Source: Chiloscyllium plagiosum
Lineage: Eukaryota
DNA length: 64,000 nt
Direction: 5' to 3'
Assembly: GCF_004010195.1 (NCBI RefSeq)
Contig: NC_057718.1
Span: 72,672,674 to 72,736,673 of the forward strand
Part shown: positions 61,330 through 64,000 of the stretch, in pieces
Numbering within the stretch: position 1 is the first letter of the stretch
Layout: each line of letters starts with the position of its first letter
Program-made: the position numbers and the translations under genes
Notes under the pieces: generated by a model
Told to the model about the DNA's origin: nothing
The model's input: the letters and a program-made list of their open reading frames with translations, nothing else
Database searches by the model: none

Positions 61330-64000
61330 GACTGTGAACAGCCATAGAGATGTACAACATGGAAATAGACCCATCCATGCCGATCAGATATCCAAACTAA
61401 ATTTAGTCCCACCTGCCAGCACCTGGCCCATATTGCTCCAAACCCTTCCTATTCATATAACCATCCAAATGCCTCTTAAATGTTGCAATTGTACTAACCT
61501 CCACCACTTCCTCTGGCAGCTCATTCCATACATGTACTACCCTCTGAGTGAACAAGTTGCCCCATAGGTCTCTTTTATATCTTTCCCCTCTTACCCTAAA
61601 CCTATGCCCTCTAGTTCTGGACTCCCCAACCCCAGGGAAAAGACCTTGTCTATTTATCCTATCCATGCTCCTCATAATTTTGTAAACCTCTATAAAGTCA
61701 CCCCTGAGCTTCTGACACTCCAGGGAAAACAGCCCCAGCCTGTTCAGCCTCTCCCTTTGCTCATATCCTCCAACCCTGGCAACATCCTTGTAAATCTTTT
61801 CTGAACGATTTCAAGTTTCACAACATCTTTCCGATAGGAAGGAGACCAGAAATGCAAGCAGCATTCCAACAGTGACCTAACCAATGTTCTGTACAGCCAC
61901 ACCATTACCTCCCAACTCCTGTACTCAATACTCTGACCAATAAAAGAAAGCATACCAAACGCCTTTTTCACTATCTCTCTGTTCAGCAACGCTCTCATTA
62001 CCTTACCATTAAGGTGTTTAAGTCCTGCTAAGATTTGCTTTCCCAAAATGCAGCACCTCACATTTATCTGAATTAAACTCCATCTGCCACTTCTCAGCCC
62101 ATTGGCCCATCTGGTCCAGATCCTGTTGTAATCTGAGTTAACCCCCTTCGCTTTCCACTATACCTCCAATTTTAGTGTCATCTGCAAACTTATTAACTGT
62201 ACCTCTGATGCTCGCATCCAAATCATTTATGTAAGTGACAAAAAGTAGAGGACCCAGCACTGATCCTTGTGACACTCCTCTGGTCACAGGCCTCCAGTCT
62301 GAAAAACAACCCTACACCACCCTCTGTCTTCTACCTTTGAGCCAGTTCTGTATCCAAATGGCTAGTTCTCCCTGTATTCACTGATATCTAACCTTGCTAA
62401 CCAGTCTCCCATGGGGAACCTTGTCGAACGCCTTACTGAAGTCCATATAGATCATATCTACCACTCTGCCCTCATCAATCCTCTTTGTTACTTCCTCAAA
62501 AAACTCAATCAAGTTTGAGAGACATTATTTCCCTCGCACAAAACCATGTTGTCTATCCCTAATCAGTCATTGCCTTGCCAAATACATGTACATCCTGTCC
62601 CTCAGGATTCCCTCCAACAACTTGCCCACCACCGACGTCAGGTTTATTGGTCCATAGTTCCCTGGCTTGTCCTTACCACACTTCTTAAACAGCGGCACCA
62701 CGTAAGCCAACCCCCAGTCTTCCGGCACCTCACCTGTGACTATTGATGATACAAATATCTCAGCAAGAGGCCCAGTAATCACTTCTCTAGCTTCCCACAT
62801 AATTCTAGGGTTCACCTGATCAGGTCCTGGGGATTTATCCACTTTTATGCGTTTCAAGACATCCAGCAATTCCTCCTCTGAAATATGGACTTTTTGCAAG
62901 ATGTCACCATCTATTTCCCTACAGTCTATATCTTCCATATCCTTTCCACAGAAAATACTGATGCAAAATACTCATCTAGTATCTCCCCCATTTTCTGCGG
63001 CTCCACACAAAGGCTGCCTTGCTGATCCCCGAGGAGCCCTATTCTCTCCTTAGTTACCCTTTTGTCCTTAATATATTCATAAAAACTCTTTGGATTTTCC
63101 TTAATTCTATTTGCCAAAGCTATCTCATGTCCCCTTTTTGCTCTCCTGATTTCCCTCTTAAGTATACTCCAAGGATTCACTCGATCTATCCTGTCTATAC
63201 CTGACATATGCTTCCTTCTTTTTCTTAACCAAACCCTCAATTTCTTTAGTCATCCAGCATTCCCTATACCTACGAGCCTTTCCTTTCACCTGAACAGGAA
63301 TATGCTTTCTCTGGATTCTAGTTCTCATTTCTGAAGGCTTCCCATTTTCCAGTCATCCCTTTACCTGCGAACATCTGCTCCCAATCAATTTTTGAAAGTT
63401 CTTGCCTAATATGGTCAAAATTGGCCTTTCTCCAATTTAGAACTTCAACTTTTAGATCTGGTCTATCCTTTTCCATCATTATTTTAAATCTAATAGAATT
63501 ATGGTCACCTGCCCTGCCTTATTTTCCAAGAGTAAGTCAAGTTTTGCATCTTCTCTAGTAGATACATCCACATACTGAGTCAGAAAATTGTCTCGTACAC
63601 ACTTAAATTCCTCTCCATCTAAACCCTTAACACTATGGCAGTTCCCTACCATAGTGAAAGTTAAAATCCCCGACTATAACCACCCTATTATTCTTACAGA
63701 TGGCTGAGATCTCCTTACAAGTTTGTTTTTCAATTTCCCTCTGACTATTAGGGGGTCTATAATATAATCCCAATTAGGGTCTATAATACAATCCCAATAA
63801 CTGTCTCTCCAACTGATCCATTCGATCTGATAAGATTCGTAGCCAGCAGCATTTATGGCAGATATAATTCGCAGTAACCCTTAAACTCTCTAAACGCCCA
63901 CATCTGACAAGAAGTGCATATCACTCTACTAAAGGCCATTTTTGCTCCTTCACAATCTACAATCTACAGAAAATAAAACAGTCTTATTCCTCTACAAACA
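61330..64000 (-). mobile_element. CR1 LINE extending to the ORF1 start, with a large internal deletion at ~63800
   Basis: ORFs 61403..63240 are ORF2 pieces; 63801-63939 reads MAFSRVICTSCQMW..(frameshift)..YICHKCCWLRILSDRMDQLERQ, the CR1 ORF1 zinc-finger/leucine-zipper type N-terminus. Confidence 0.9.

Noticed and set aside
1..64000. Prokaryotic-style systems (CRISPR array, retron, operon) suggested by the many RT and endonuclease ORFs
   Set aside because: The RT and endonuclease fragments are frameshifted pieces of CR1, PLE or RTE retrotransposons in vertebrate introns. No repeat-spacer array was seen.
820..64000. Strand bias of LINE insertions relative to DOP1A
   Set aside because: Large copies occur on both strands, and the numbers are too small to claim a bias.

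Overview
This is eukaryotic DNA, most likely a shark or other elasmobranch (inferred from HE1-type SINEs and HER1/CR1-type LINEs). It contains no prokaryotic systems. The window lies inside one minus-strand gene, DOP1A (DOPEY1). I located 10 internal coding exons by hand, all with GT-AG boundaries and in continuous frame (1654 nt). One is a 30-nt microexon (PTRSMRVLCQ) that the ORF track misses. The introns are dominated by decayed and nested CR1 LINEs, HE1-type tRNA-derived SINEs, RTE fragments, a probable Tigger-like MITE and several families of Penelope-like elements (PLEs). The most interesting signals are: (i) minimal type I hammerhead ribozyme motifs in at least three PLE-related families, some on very short (60-170 nt) insertions flanked by target-site duplications (TSDs); (ii) a ~640-bp near-perfect palindrome built from a Penelope 3' end; (iii) the microexon with UGC and UGCAUG motifs; (iv) inverted SINE pairs bracketing exons. 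Homology calls rest on my recall of these families, not on searches. Repeat boundaries are approximate unless a TSD is given.
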